From Octopus sinensis (Eukaryota): a DNA stretch of 64,000 nucleotides. Each line of letters starts with the position of its first letter. Within the stretch, counting starts at the first letter, position 1. The notes beneath the pieces were generated by a model. It did no database searches, was not told the DNA's origin, and was given only the letters and a program-made list of their open reading frames with translations. This document shows, piece by piece, positions 12,251-26,344 of the stretch. Position numbers and translations under genes: made by a program. The DNA lies in the NCBI RefSeq assembly GCF_006345805.1, contig NC_043009.1, positions 63,550,001-63,614,000 of the forward strand. Direction: 5' to 3'.

Positions 12251-12844
12251 ATACGTGAGCCTGAATACGTCATCTTTTATAGATCAACATGGCAACCAAG
12301 ATAATTCTAACTCATAAATCTTCGTACATAATTTCATTGTTAGATTGCCGCTGCCGCATCTAAGAGAACAATGTCGTGTGATACTTGGATGTAATATTAT
12401 CAGCTTGTGATCTGTGTGAAAATGATAGTGTTGTTCTCTGCTTCCTAACATTGGCTTCTTTAGACGCTTATCACGACATTATGTATTTCATCTCATTAAA
12501 AGAAACGATGGATATGTGTCTTAATCAGCTTCGTAAACTTTCCATCTCTCCTCACCATTATCTCTCTCTCTTTCTCTCTTTCAATCTCTCTCTCTCTCTC
12601 TCTCTCTCTCTTTATCTATCTATCTCTTCTATCTCAGTTTGTCCACAACAACTGCAAGCCCATACATTAGAGACATCAGCATCACTGCCCAACTACCTCC
12701 ACCGCCACCATCACCAGTAATAATAATAATACTCATTCTATTTCTGCTACACTCACCACTTTCGCCGTTACTACCATTGTTAATACCACCACAACCACCA
12801 CAATTATTGCCGTGACCATTGCTACCACTATAGATGCTACTATT

Positions 12845-13079
12845 TATTTCTTTACTACCCACAAGGGGCTAAACATAGAGGAGACAAACAAGGACAGACA
12901 AACGGATCAAGTCGATTATACCGACCCCAGTGCGTAACTGGTACTTAATTTATCGACCCCGAAAAGATGAAAGGTAAAGTCAACCTCGGTGGAATTTGAA
13001 CTCAGAACGTAGCGGCAGATGAAATACCGCCAAACATTTCGTCCAGCGTGCTAACGTTTCTGCCAAGCTCACCGCCTTA
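12845..13079 (-). mobile_element. SINE family A
   Basis: Full-length match to the recurring consensus. Confidence 0.85.
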
Positions 13080-13512
13080 TATAGATGCTACTATTAGCAC
13101 CACCACCACTAAGTTTACTACTACGACTACTACTACAACTATTATTACAACCAACACCATCATAGCAACTATTACCAATACAAGTATTACCGAGAGAGAG
13201 ACTTATAAATAAGATTTTGAGTCTTTAATGCATTTTTCGGGAATATTTTCAACTTGAGCATCGTTAGTGATGCGAAAATAGCAACATCTCACTCAGATAT
13301 TTAATGTAGCTAATAACAGGAATATTTGGTTAAAAAACTCTCGGATGAAAGAAAAGTGAATCGGAGACTGTTCGTTGGACACGAAATTGTATCTTCTACC
13401 AACATGAAAGCTGAGCTAACAATACCACTGCCCCACGGGAAGCCTTCAATAAATTAAATAGAAAAGATTTCGTCTTTATTTTAAACTAGTTTTCTATACA
13501 CTTAAAATACCA

Positions 13513-13875
13513 AAAAAAGCTGATCAGAAGAGAATTAATGTATTCGAGCTTTGGTGTTGGAGAAGACTTTTACGGATTCCATGGACAGCGAGGCTCACCA
13601 ATGGAGAAGTTCTTAAGCAGATCAAGCCGAAACTGTCGCTAGAAGCCAGGATCACCAAGCATAGATTGGCATATTTCAGTCATATTATGTGGAGAAAATC
13701 CCTGTAGAAGGACATTATGCTCGGAATGGTCAGTGGCAAGAGAGGAAGAGGCCGACCAAGAACCCGCTGGCTTGACACCATCAAGAATGACACGGGAATG
13801 GCCATGGTCAGTCTGAAAGAAGCGGCCCAGGATCGAACTGGCTGGAGAACACTGATCCATCGAGTAACCGAGAAT
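13513..13875 (+). mobile_element. RTE/BovB-like LINE C-terminal fragment with an in-frame stop
   Basis: Translates to KRINVFELWCWRRLLRIPWTARLTNGEVLKQIKPKLSLEARITKHRLAYFSHIMWRKSL*KDIMLGMVSGKRGRGRPRTRWLDTIKND... Confidence 0.85.
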
Positions 13876-14457
13876 AAAAGAATATATCGTTTTTAATGGT
13901 GTAACACGAAGTAATTAAAACTATAAATATTAGCATTTAGAATATTGGGTTAAAAAAAACTCTGGCATGCAAAAAAAAAAAAATGTCGTCGGGGACTGTA
14001 TGTAAGACATGAACCTGCAATTTCTGCGGCGATCACAGAATTGCAGCCAGTACCACTGACCCACAGACAGCCCTCGACGCTTCTTTTTGGGAATGATTTG
14101 GTTTTTACTTTGTAAATCAGTTTTCTCTGTACTTTTCTTTATAGCTTTATCTTCGAGTTCCACCGATACAATTTCTTTCACATCACGCGAAGTTTCTATA
14201 TTCTTATGATGAGTCTTTTTGTTATATTTTAAAGATTTATTGGCTATTAAATCCTGTAGGTAAGGCATGAGGATCTCGAAGCAGCTAAAACTATAAATCA
14301 TAGCTTGTAGAATACTGAGTTAAAAAATTTCTAGAATGGAAAAAAGATTCGGACATTGTTCGTTCGATTGAGACCTGCACCAAATCTGGACATATGTGCT
14401 CGATATGACCACATCTCGCACAAGCATACACACATATATACATTCACACATTTAGAT

Positions 14458-14539
<82 letters not shown>

Positions 14540-14597
14540 AGTTGACGTTATCAGAATCTATAACCTTCAAGACAACATAGTAAAATTGTTTTAGGGG

Positions 14598-14876
14598 GAA
14601 CTTGAAGCAGATAAAGCTATAAATAAAAGCGCGTAAAATATTGAGTTTAAAAAACCTTCGGATAGAAAACGTCGACGGCTGCCGGTGGGACTCGATCTCA
14701 CGTCTCATGTAAATCGTATAGAGAAATTCTATGGAATGCTTTGATACAGTGGTAGAACGCCTCCCATGTTTATAGAAGACGTGGTTTAGAGCAACTTAAC
14801 GATTTTTGCCGTCCAAAGAGGTTTTCTAACCTGGTATTTGCACGCTATTATCTATAGCTTATCTGCTTCGAGTTAC
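14598..14876. mobile_element. Element with about 43-bp imperfect TIRs (MITE-like)
   Basis: GAACTTGAAGCAGATAAAGCTATAAATAAAAGCGCGTAAAATA matches the reverse complement of 14835-14876. Confidence 0.55.
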
Positions 14877-14894
14877 AGAAAAGAATTAATTCAT

Positions 14895-14928
<34 letters not shown>

Positions 14929-15052
14929 CTATTACATACATAAATACATACATATACATGCATGCGTACATACATACACACGCACGCACACAACACAACA
15001 CATACATACATACACACGCATACATACATACATGTATGCATACATACATACG

Positions 15053-15086
<34 letters not shown>

Positions 15087-16777
15087 CACACATACATACA
15101 TACATACATACATACACACATACATACATACATTTATGCATACATACATAAATACACACACATACATACATACATACACACACATACATACATACACACA
15201 CATACATACATACATACACACACATACATACATACATTTATGCATACATACATACATACACACACACATACATACATACATACATACACACACACATACA
15301 TACATACATACATACATAAATACATACATGTGCAGGTGGTGAAAGATGAATTGCGTTCTGGACATCTGTGCCCCTGTCAAATGCATTCTGATCATAAATA
15401 TCCTGGACATTTGCTTTATCTTTCTGATATGGCGTCCAGGTCATTTGCGTCCTGTCTCTGCATGCTGCCAACAAACCCTCGCTTGAAACTTCATTTCGAA
15501 AGGTCACGTTATAACGAGAGACTTAAGGACGGTTTCGGTTACATATCTTTCGACAGTTCACGAAACCTTCATCCGTTCGCAGCTATCATGTTCAAAGTTT
15601 TCCTGTGAAGAAATCTATATACATATAAAGCTGAAGTTGTCTGTGTATGGCAGGTTTGGTAGCCTTCAACTAACACTATCTCCTTCGAGACCCAGCGGTG
15701 CAAGTTGACCAAAATTGAGAGTATGATAGAAGAAGGCTTGCTCTTCCTTCCGTAGAAGAAAAAATTCAAATCGGACCATGTTAACACCAAAAATTATTTA
15801 CATCAAAAAGGTGTTTTTTTATTCTATGAAAATACCTATTTTCTACGATTTTTTCACCGCCGTGTCGTCATTTTTCGGTGTATTTCAACCAGAAAAATGT
15901 TTACTTAAAGAGAATAACAAGCTACATAATGCAAAATTTTTACGTTTCAAAAATTCCGATTCTAAAGGGTCGAAAAGAAAACAAGCCCGAGTAACGCCGG
16001 ATTATGCTGCTAGTCTATGATATTATTCCTTCCATTTACATCTGTTTCCACCACATATGATACTCACACTTAATGAACAATTTACGAACAATTTGTATAG
16101 ACTCGTTCCTAAGCCAACATTTGTCATTCAAACGAAGAATTACATGTATTTTTTAAAATTTTATCTTTTTGCAACGCTTCAAACATATTTTCCTCTTTTC
16201 TTGAAAGTTAAATATTTTACACCCTCCATGTTTCCCTTTCGAAATCCAAAACCGAATCTGTTAACTTCTTAATTCCTGTAACACGACGAGTTTTATTATT
16301 AGTATATTATCGTTGTTTATATTATTGCATACATACATACATACATACATACATACATACATACATACATACATACATACATGCATGCACACACACACAC
16401 ATACATACTACATAACATACATACACAGACTAAATACATACATATACATACATACATACATACATACACACACACATACATACTACATACATACATACTA
16501 CATACATACATACATACATACATACATACATACATGCATGCATATATACATACATACATACATACATGCATGCATGCATATATACATACATACATACATA
16601 CATATTGTGTGTTGTATGCTTGTATGTATGTATGTATGTATGTATGTATGTGTGTATGTATGTATATATGCATGCATGTATGTATGTATGTATGTATGTA
16701 TGTATGTATGTGTGTATGTATAGATAGACAGGCAGATAGATAGATAGCTAGATATGCAGACAGACAGACAGACAGAC

Positions 16778-16874
<97 letters not shown>

Positions 16875-17176
16875 TTACTGGAATCGCTGCACAACGTATA
16901 TTCCGGTAGCTTCTGGAACTAAACATAACTCTCCAATGATGGAGACTCGGCCTGCTGGTCTTGCATGACGAGAAATATAAAACACAATGTAAAAGAGAAA
17001 CAACAAACACAAAAAGAAATATGTAAAAGCGAGCAAAGGAAAGAGTGGCCAAAACTGGACTGACATGAAGAACGGGTTTGGTCAGAGGTGAGAGAGGAAC
17101 TGCTCACAAGTAATGCAATCGCCAACGAAACTCCCATCGTTTGTCTACAATTACCCTAAAATGGTTCCTTTTTTAA

Positions 17177-17726
17177 GCAGCTTGGTGTCGGGTACTCTGT
17201 AAGATACGCAGCTTGTGGTCGGGTACTCTGTAAGATACGCAGCTTGGGGTCGGGTACTCTGTAAGATACGCAGCTTGTGGTCGGGTACTCTGTAAGATAC
17301 GCAGCTTGTGGTCGGGTACTCTGTAAGATACGCAGCTTGGGGTCGGGTACTCTGTAAGATACGGCACTGGGGGGGCGGGTACTCTGTAAGATACGCAGCT
17401 TGGGGTCGGGTACTCTGTAATATACGCAGCTGGGGTCGGTACTCTGTAAGATACGCAGCTTGGGGTCGGGTACTCTGTAAGATACGCAGCTTGGGGTCGG
17501 GTACTCTGTAAGATACGCAGCTTGGGGTCGGGTACTCTGTAAGATACGCAGCTTGGGGTCGGGTACTCTGTAAGATACGCAGCTTGGGTCGGGTACTCTG
17601 TAAGATACGCAACTTGGGGTCGGGTACTCTGTAAGATACGCAGCTTGGGGTCGGGTACTCTGTAAGATACGCAGCTTGGGTCGGGTACTCTGTAAGATAC
17701 TCAGCTTGGGGTCGGGTACTCTGTAA
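17177..17726. repeat. 31-bp minisatellite, about 18 copies
   Basis: Unit GCAGCTTGGGGTCGGGTACTCTGTAAGATAC, head-to-tail with no spacers. Confidence 0.95.
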
Positions 17727-17827
17727 GGATTGCCTGTAGTACATACTTTACGAAAATAAACAAAGTAGATGTAAATATACAGGGACACCAATGACCGGGG
17801 CATATTTAACCAGGGCATGATCTTCCA

Positions 17828-18135
17828 GAAGGCGAGTGGCTTGGTGGTTAGGGATTCGGATTACGATCTTAAGGTCGTGAGTTCGGTTCCTGGCGGCGTG
17901 TTGTGTCCTTGGGCAAGACACTTTATTTCACGTTCCTCCAGTTCACTCAGCTGTCAAAAATGAGAGAAATGAGTAGTACCAGTAATTCAGGGAGTCGGCT
18001 TTGTCACATTCTATGTCACGCCAAATCTTTCTTGGGTACGTTAATGGTATGCGTGTCAATGGAGTGCTGAAAAACTTGGACGCTCAGTTCACGAGCAGGA
18101 TTTTCCGTTGATCGGAATAACAGGAACCCTTGACA
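17828..18135 (+). mobile_element. SINE family C-related, degenerate
   Basis: tRNA-like head, then CCTTGGGCAAGACACTTTATTTCACG core, then body. Confidence 0.7.
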
Positions 18136-18698
18136 CTGTAGCCGATGGAGTACCAGTAGTAGTAATCTACCAGAAAAAAAAAAGAAATACCTTACTATCC
18201 ATGCGATTTCATTTAGCTGTGTTGCCTGTTTAGAGTTTAACCACGCAGACGCATTTAGTTTCATCCTGTATATAAGTTACCTGCTTGTGTTCTAAAGTGT
18301 CCACACGCAACTGGAGTCATGTCGAGCCTACACACACACACATACACATACACACACACATATATATATATTCATCACACTGTCCAATTCTTGCTGGCCC
18401 TCGTCAGAAATGAACAGCTTAAAGAACTGTAAGTTTACGTAGATCCTGCCACGTTGATTACCGTATGTACAGGTAATCCAGCATGGCAGAATCTACGTAA
18501 ACATCTGATGCTGAACCTTTGTGTATGAAACATATAAACCTTACTCAGCCTTTCCTTCTGGCATTGTTAGTGACCCAGCGTCTTCATTATTTGCTATTTT
18601 ACTTTTGTATGGCAATCTTTCAATCAAACTACAATGCTTTTCTAATATTTATTCTAATATAGAAAACAAACAGTTCTTTATCTTTAAGGGAAAGTGGT

Positions 18699-18731
<33 letters not shown>

Positions 18732-19006
18732 TATATTATATATATATAAGAGATATTGTCTACAAAGTCATTCATACACACATACGCACACACATATAAA
18801 TTCACCGACAAGCATGCATACGCTCACAAACATGTACATACACACGCACAAATGCAACACACACACACACATGTATATATATATATATATATATATATAA
18901 ATATACTATATACATACATACATATATATATATATATACATATATATATATGTATATATGTAATATAATAATACATATATATATAATATATATATATATA
19001 TGTATA

Positions 19007-19081
<75 letters not shown>

Positions 19082-19159
19082 TAATATATATACACACATA
19101 TATACATATATATATATATATAATATATATATCCATATATATATATGTATATATATATG

Positions 19160-19190
<31 letters not shown>

Positions 19191-19195
19191 ATATA

Positions 19196-19228
<33 letters not shown>

Positions 19229-19744
19229 ACACGCTCTCACGCACACAACATACATACGTATACATAAGCATATACCTATGTGTGTAGGCTGCGCATAAAA
19301 AAGAGGAAACATAAGAATAGTAAAAAAAAGTAGTTCAAAATTCATGAATCGATGTGAAACGATGCTTCTATGAATATCCATCTATAACTGGATCATATCC
19401 GGTTCTATAAAACATTACATAGGTTAAATAGAAAGATATTAAATATTTATATCACTCATTAGTAGCCTTAGGTTTCCAGCTGTTTTCTGAAAAACCGTTG
19501 GCTTTTAAACAACTTTGGTGAAAACTGAGCTGATCTTCATTGTCCTGACTTGTTGTTTTAATTATTGAAATAAAAGTTTGCTTTCAACGTTAACAAAGCT
19601 GTATCATATGTGTTGAGGAAAAAAATCAATATTAATAGATGACTAATGTTGTGGACATTTTTCTTGTATTCATAGAAAATTACTCCGGGTGCGTTATTAT
19701 TCTATCTCTCATCCCTAACTGTTTCTCCATTTCTAGAGAAAGCT

Positions 19745-20400
19745 ATCTATCAACAATTCACTGGGATTGCAATGGGAACTAGGATGGGCCTCAGTCACGC
19801 TAACCTGTTCGTTGGTCACGCTTTGGCTCAATCTTCAGTTCACTGGTCCCACCAGCAGTGCTGTAACTATAATGTGTGTTGTCCGAGACAGCCATGGAAC
19901 TTGCCTTCTCTCGAACCCCCACAGCGTATACAGGTTTATGCAGCAAGCCAAAAGGCGCCATCCTCAAAGGCGTCAGCCTAGGTGGACCAACCCTCGTCTA
20001 CCACCACCACCACCACCACCAACGACGCTGCTGCGCACCAGAGCTATACGGTTATTGCATTGACGATTGTATCGACACAACCTCTCTTTGACACGCATAC
20101 CTAAATTCTTACCTCACCTTTGTCATTCTTTCCATGCTGCCATCCCTATCACATGTCAACTTTTTTGACATCTCCGTTTCCATTGACTACACCAACTTCG
20201 CCGTCTTTACCTCAATAATTTACAAAGCCTCCGGTTCCTATTCTGCTTTCATTTCACTCCATAATCTGCAATATTTTCTCATTCTAATTCCTTTGCCCCT
20301 GTTGCCGCGCTAGCAGCCACAACCCCGACTTTGAGACCCAGTTTCATTAACATGGCCCATCACGTTGCACGATACTGCAATCTCCAAACATCGGACAGTG
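19745..20400 (+). mobile_element. Decayed Penelope-like reverse transcriptase fragment
   Basis: Frameshifted motifs YQQFTGIAMGTRMGLSHANLFVGH, FTGP..PELYGYCIDDC (YIDD-like), NFFDISVSI and CSHNPDFETQ. Confidence 0.65.
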
Positions 20401-20606
20401 CCCCTTGCCTGCGCCTGCGTAATCTTCACTTCATTTGGACTACTCAACAACAACATCAACAACAGAAAGCTTTTCGGTCCAATAACACGGCAGAAAGAAA
20501 ATCCCCATAAGGTGCCTTCTACATATCCGAGATAATCTCACATATAATACGGTGAGTTGTAAAACTCCAGTTAATTATCAGAGTTTAACAATGCTAACAG
20601 TATGCG

Positions 20607-20986
20607 TAGGCGTAAGAGTGGCTGTGTGGTAAGTAGAGCGCTTACGAACCACATGGTTCCGGGTTCAGTCCCACTGTGTGGCACCTTGGGCAAGTGTCTT
20701 CTACCAAAGCCTCGGGCCGACCAAAGCCTTGTGAGTGGATTTGGTTGACGGAAACTGAAAAGAAGCACGTCGTATATATTTATAAATATATATGTGTGTG
20801 TATATGTTTGTGTGTCTGTGTTTGTACCCACCCACCCCCAACATAACTTAGCGGTTCGGCAAAAGTGACCGATAGAATAAGTACTAGGCTTACAAATAAG
20901 TCCTGGGGTCGATTTGCTCGACTAAAAGCGGTGCTCCCGCATGGCCACAATCAAATGACTGAAAAAAGTAAAAGAGTAAAAAGAGT
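20607..20986 (+). mobile_element. SINE family B
   Basis: Consensus match. Confidence 0.85.
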
Positions 20987-22047
20987 ATGTAAAAACTCTC
21001 TCAAAATAAGCAAGGGCGTAACTCTGATAAGGTCAGACAAGCGAAATTTTTGGATTACACGGAAGGGAGAGGATCTTTTTAAAGCCTAAAAGTTAATATG
21101 CCAAAACGTTTGCCCTTCGTCCGATAAAATTTTACATGGCACCTAAACGTTGGGTTGAACTTGTCATAAATGGTGTTTGCTCTAATAAGGCTGGCTTGGA
21201 GACTACACGGCAAGAAACATAGGCTCCTACCACCCTCCCCGATCATCAAAACAACCCCCAACCACACCAGTCAACCACTACGTCCATCAACACCGCATGC
21301 TACCATCACTGCCATACGGCTACCACTACAGCCATCATCATTACTATCATTATCATTCTCACCAGTATCCCCACCATCACCACCATCACCGTGAACATCA
21401 TCACCCTTACCATCACCCGGGACCACTACCATCACCATCATCAACATATCTATCATCTGCTATAAGTAGCATTCCTACCATTATCAGCATCACAATCAAC
21501 AAAATCGCCATTACGATCGCCAACAACATGAGCCCCTATCCTTTCTGATGGGTGACTGAACGCTGCCGCATTAGGGGAGAGATAAGGGACCCAGACGGGA
21601 GAGTTACCGGAAAAGGAAGCGGTTGTATTTCATCAGATCTGACAGGTTTGAGGCAAGGTGATCCGTATTTTATGATGTGTAAATATTTATGTGTCAGTGT
21701 TAATCTGTCCTGCTTCATCACTGCTGTTCTACTAATGAGAACGATGGCAGATGGAGGAGGATGAGGAGGAGGATATGATAAGAGATAGAGAAAGAAAGCG
21801 CGAAAGGTGGAAATTATCGATGCGATTAGGGCAGCTGAAAGACGGAAGGAGAGAAGAACCTTCGAAATGAAAGAGAAACATAAAATTATTATGAATGAAA
21901 ATAAGAAATGTCTGAGTGAGTTAGAGGGAGAAAGAGAAAAATTGATAGAAAAAAAATAAGAGAGACGGAGAGAGAAAGACGAACGAAATAAAGTGGGACC
22001 AGGAAAAAAACAGTAGACAAGGTAAAGAAGGTTTTAATGTTTCATTG

Positions 22048-22450
22048 AAGGTGGTGAGCTGGCAGAAACGTTAGCACGCTGGGCGAAATGCTTTGCAGTA
22101 TTTCGTCTGTCGCTACGTTCTGAGTTCAAATTCCGCCGAGGTCGACTTTGCCTTTCAACCATTCGGGGTCGATAAATTAAGTACCAGTTTCGTACTGGGG
22201 TCGATATAATCGACTTAATCCGTTTGTCTGTCCTTGTTTGTCCCCACTCTGTTTAGCCCCTTGTGGGTAGTAAAGAAATAGGTATTTAGTCTGTCTTTAT
22301 GTTCTGAGTTCAAATTCCACCGAGGTCGATTTTTGCCTTTCTTCCTTTCAGGGTCGATAAATTAATTACCACGTGTGTACTGGGGTCGATCTAATCGACT
22401 GGCCCCCTCCCCCCAAATTGCGGGCCTTGTGCCTAGAGTGGAAAAGGATA
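22048..22450 (+). mobile_element. SINE family A with a duplicated body module
   Basis: One head followed by two copies of the GTTCTGAGTTCAAATTCC...GGGGTCGAT module. Confidence 0.85.
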
Positions 22451-22646
22451 TTTGTTTCATTTATCTTATTTATTTAATATAGTTGTTGGTTATGAGTCAT
22501 ATGATATCATAAGATGATATATAATAATGATTTCAATTTGGGTGGAGGGGGCGAGTTGATTAAATCGACCCCAGTACACAACTGGTACTTATTTTATCGA
22601 TCCCGAATAGATGAAAGCCAAAGCGACAATCGAAATACTGCTAAGC

Positions 22647-22719
<73 letters not shown>

Positions 22720-22799
22720 ATATATCTAATAATATTTAATATTTAAAATATTTTTAGAATATTTTGTATAATTATATAATTATATAAATATAAGTATAC

Positions 22800-22960
22800 A
22801 GTCTTTTATTCTTTCTGTCATTTTACTGCGGCCATGCTGGAGCAACGCCTTTAGTCGAGCAAATCGCACCCCAGGACTTATTCTTTGTAAGCCTAGTACT
22901 TATTCTATCGGTTGTCAAGCGATGGCAGGGAACAAACACGGACACTCAAACACACATACA

Positions 22961-22991
<31 letters not shown>

Positions 22992-23226
22992 CCACACACA
23001 CACACACGACACACCTATATATCTATATATATATATTATTATAGTAGGTTAATCCAAACGGGAAAACAGAAAAAACAACAACACGTGGAACAATTACAAT
23101 ATATATACGATGGGCTTCTTTCAGTTTCCATCTACCAAATCCACTCACAAGGGTTTGGTCGCCCCGAGGCTATAGTAGAAGACACTCGTCCAAGGTACCA
23201 CGCAGTAGGACTGAACCCGGAACCTT
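22800..23226 (-). mobile_element. SINE family B
   Basis: Consensus match with the head truncated. Confidence 0.8.
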
Positions 23227-23364
23227 GTAGTTATATATATATATATTGTTATATTTCGGAATGGTCATTTTGCCAGTTTAGCCAATAAAAACACACGCAC
23301 TATATATTTGGTGTTATTTTGCTTCATTGTTATTTATTTTTTACATTAATCTTAATCTTATTTC

Positions 23365-23408
23365 GGCCAAAGTTCTTTCGTCACACTCCTGTGACCGCAT
23401 CAGTGGTC
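23365..23408 (-). ncRNA. Variant hammerhead-like motif
   Basis: Minus strand reads GACCA-CTGATG-CG-GTCAC-AGGAGT-GTGAC-GAAA-GAACT-T-TGGCC. Stems II and I pair and A9 is replaced by C. Confidence 0.4.
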
Positions 23409-23513
23409 CTTTGTTTTCTTCTTCCTTATTTGTGTCTCCCTTACTAACCGTCAGCCATTTTGTATCAACACACGACTTCACATAAAAAATCTTGCACAAC
23501 AAATATTTAAACG

Positions 23514-23558
<45 letters not shown>

Positions 23559-23862
23559 ATATTAATAATATATATATATATATATATTGTGGACGTGTAT
23601 GTCGTAGACACAGGTGAGATTTCTGAAATTTGTTCCAAAATAACCTGCATGTAGTGATCAAATGTTTGTGCTGCTGTATATCAGCTCACCTCCTTCTTCA
23701 AACTAACATCGCATGGCAAAGGTGCACGGTGTGCCACATGTTTGATATCAAAATGGTGGCAGAGCAACGTGAGCTCAAATGTTTTGCTCAAGAACACGTG
23801 TTCATCCCGTCCGGGAATCGAACTCAGGATCTCACAGTCGTGAGTGCAAACACGCGACCTAA

Positions 23863-23921
<59 letters not shown>

Positions 23922-24097
23922 TTGTCAACATGTCAATCTGTGTCTCAACCTGTCAAGTTAATCAACATCTGTCCATCTTTCTCTGCGTCCGTCTCTTCGC
24001 CATCTGTCTCTCCGCTTCACTCTTGTCATATCTTTTCGACAAGATTCCCACTGCACACCCTCCCCTGTAAACAGTACGCACACACACACACATACAT

Positions 24098-24130
<33 letters not shown>

Positions 24131-24262
24131 TGCACACAAATACACACACACAAACAGACACACATATATACAACATAGTCGATGAATGTGGGTGTTCCAA
24201 GCTGTATCAGTGTTTGTCGGTTTCCGTGTATGTATGTATGTATGTGTGTATGTATGTATGTA

Positions 24263-24294
<32 letters not shown>

Positions 24295-26244
24295 ATGTAT
24301 GTATGTATGTATATATGCATGTATGTATGTGTGTGTGTATGTATGTATGTATATGTGTGTATGTATGTATGTACGTATATATGTATGTATGTATGTATGT
24401 GTGTGTATGTGTGTATGTATATATGTATGTGGGTATGTATGTATGTATGTTTGTATGTATGTTTGCATGTGTGTATTTATGTATGACTGAATGTATGCAT
24501 ATATGTATGTAAATATGAGTGTATGTGTGTATGTATGTGTGTGTATATATGTATGAGTGTATGTATGTATGTATGTATTTATGTATGTATGTATTTATGT
24601 ATGTGTGTGTATGTGTGTATGTATATATGTATGTGGGTATGTATGTATGTATGTGTGTATGCATGTATGTATGCAAGTATGTGTGTATGTATGTATGTGT
24701 GTATGTATGCATGTGTGTGTATGTATGTATGTGTGTATGTATGTATGTATGTATTTGTGTATGTATGTATGTACTATGTATGTATACTCCTATGCATGTA
24801 TATATGTTCATTCATGAATATATGTATCCATGTATATATGCATGAACATGTGTATTGTACGCTTGTTTATATATACGTACTATGCATGTATCTTAATCTA
24901 TATACAGTTGTATCAATATGTGTGTGCGTAGATGTCCGTGGGTGTGAGTCTACATCCGTTTTCCTTCCTCTGTTTACCAATTCCTTAGACCATGAATCAC
25001 CTTTCTTATCTCTCCTTTATTCCCCTGTTGCTTCTATTTCCCAGCATGCCTTTCATTGCTAAATTTTCTTGCCAGTGTTTTATTTTATTTTCTGTGTTAG
25101 TAAAAAGTGCGAGAATTTATATGCACACCCAGACTTACAAACACATCCATAGACAGATAGATAGACAGACACAGATACAGCCATATTTAACATGCGGCTT
25201 TCCACTTGGATGAGGGAAGACCTTTCACTGCGCAAAATTCCCGGGACTAATGACGTTATCGAATCGTAAACTTATGCACTTCTGCGTCATTATGCTTCGT
25301 CAGCAACGAATACCAAATCCGTCTTTCACAGTTTTATAACCACGATAGTTCTTATTTATAAAAACAGTAAATAAGAATGGTTAACATGTTTACTGGTGGG
25401 CTTAAAGCCTGAATTTCTCTTGGGCTCCTTGGACTAATCCCGCAGCGAAAGGCTTCCCCAAGTATGAATGCACACAAAACTGTCAGTTATGATTATAATC
25501 ATGGCTGTCTATATTCATTTTTATAGGCTGTGTTTTCCAAAGTGGAGGCGAACGCCTTTCTCCTTGTGATCGGCTTGAAATAATTTTTAAGACACTAGGT
25601 TATTTTCCAGCTTTTCTTAACATGAAACCGAATGCTTCAGAAAGATTACAAAAGTTTTACTTGGCGGTAAAAACTATATTCTGCTTCTCACAGAAGTGTT
25701 GCAATCTGGCACTTGTCGATGAGAACTTATTACCTCTATAGTCCTTCAACAACGATCTCAACGACCAGTGAAAGGATACTGTTAAGTACATTACTAACCG
25801 TCATAGTATTAGTTACTAAAATTCCACACCATACTATGCATCAAACGTATTGAGCTGATGTAGTTATGACATCCTTTAGAAGCCGGTTATTTTACAGGAA
25901 ATAACAGGGTGTCAAGTATAATTTTACCATTTATTTGAAATGGTTTAGTATGATATTCTGCTGTATTATATGTTGGTATAAAGTACATTGCAATCATTTT
26001 AATTTAATTTGTAAATTCTTCCGCTTCGCGTGTCTATCGGTACAACAGTTTGGATTGCTCACACTAGACTTTTTGATTTCGTCTAGTCTAAGATACATTA
26101 ATTTATATGCTTAAACCAGTTTGCAAACTGTATTTCGATACATTTCTTTTTTTTTTTATGGGGCTGGACTATTTTGCAGTTATGTGTCAAAGAGATGATA
26201 TGCTACGAAAGTAATTCTATTTATATTCAGGGATCAGGGTTGAG

Positions 26245-26344
26245 NNNNNNNNNNNNNNNNNNNNNNNNNNNNNNNNNNNNNNNNNNNNNNNNNNNNNNNN
26301 NNNNNNNNNNNNNNNNNNNNNNNNNNNNNNNNNNNNNNNNNNNN
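26245..26344. other. Assembly gap (100 N)
   Basis: A run of exactly 100 N, usually a placeholder for a gap of unknown size. Confidence 0.98.

Noticed and set aside
15340-15790. Possible transposase fragment
   Set aside because: I could not recognise a DDE or helix-turn-helix motif in any frame.
17177-17726. CRISPR-like array (31-bp repeat)
   Set aside because: The units are contiguous with no unique spacers, there are no cas genes, and the context is eukaryotic.
21552-21764. GLRQGDP, resembling a LINE RT motif
   Set aside because: It is an isolated 7-residue match and the flanking residues do not fit an RT domain.
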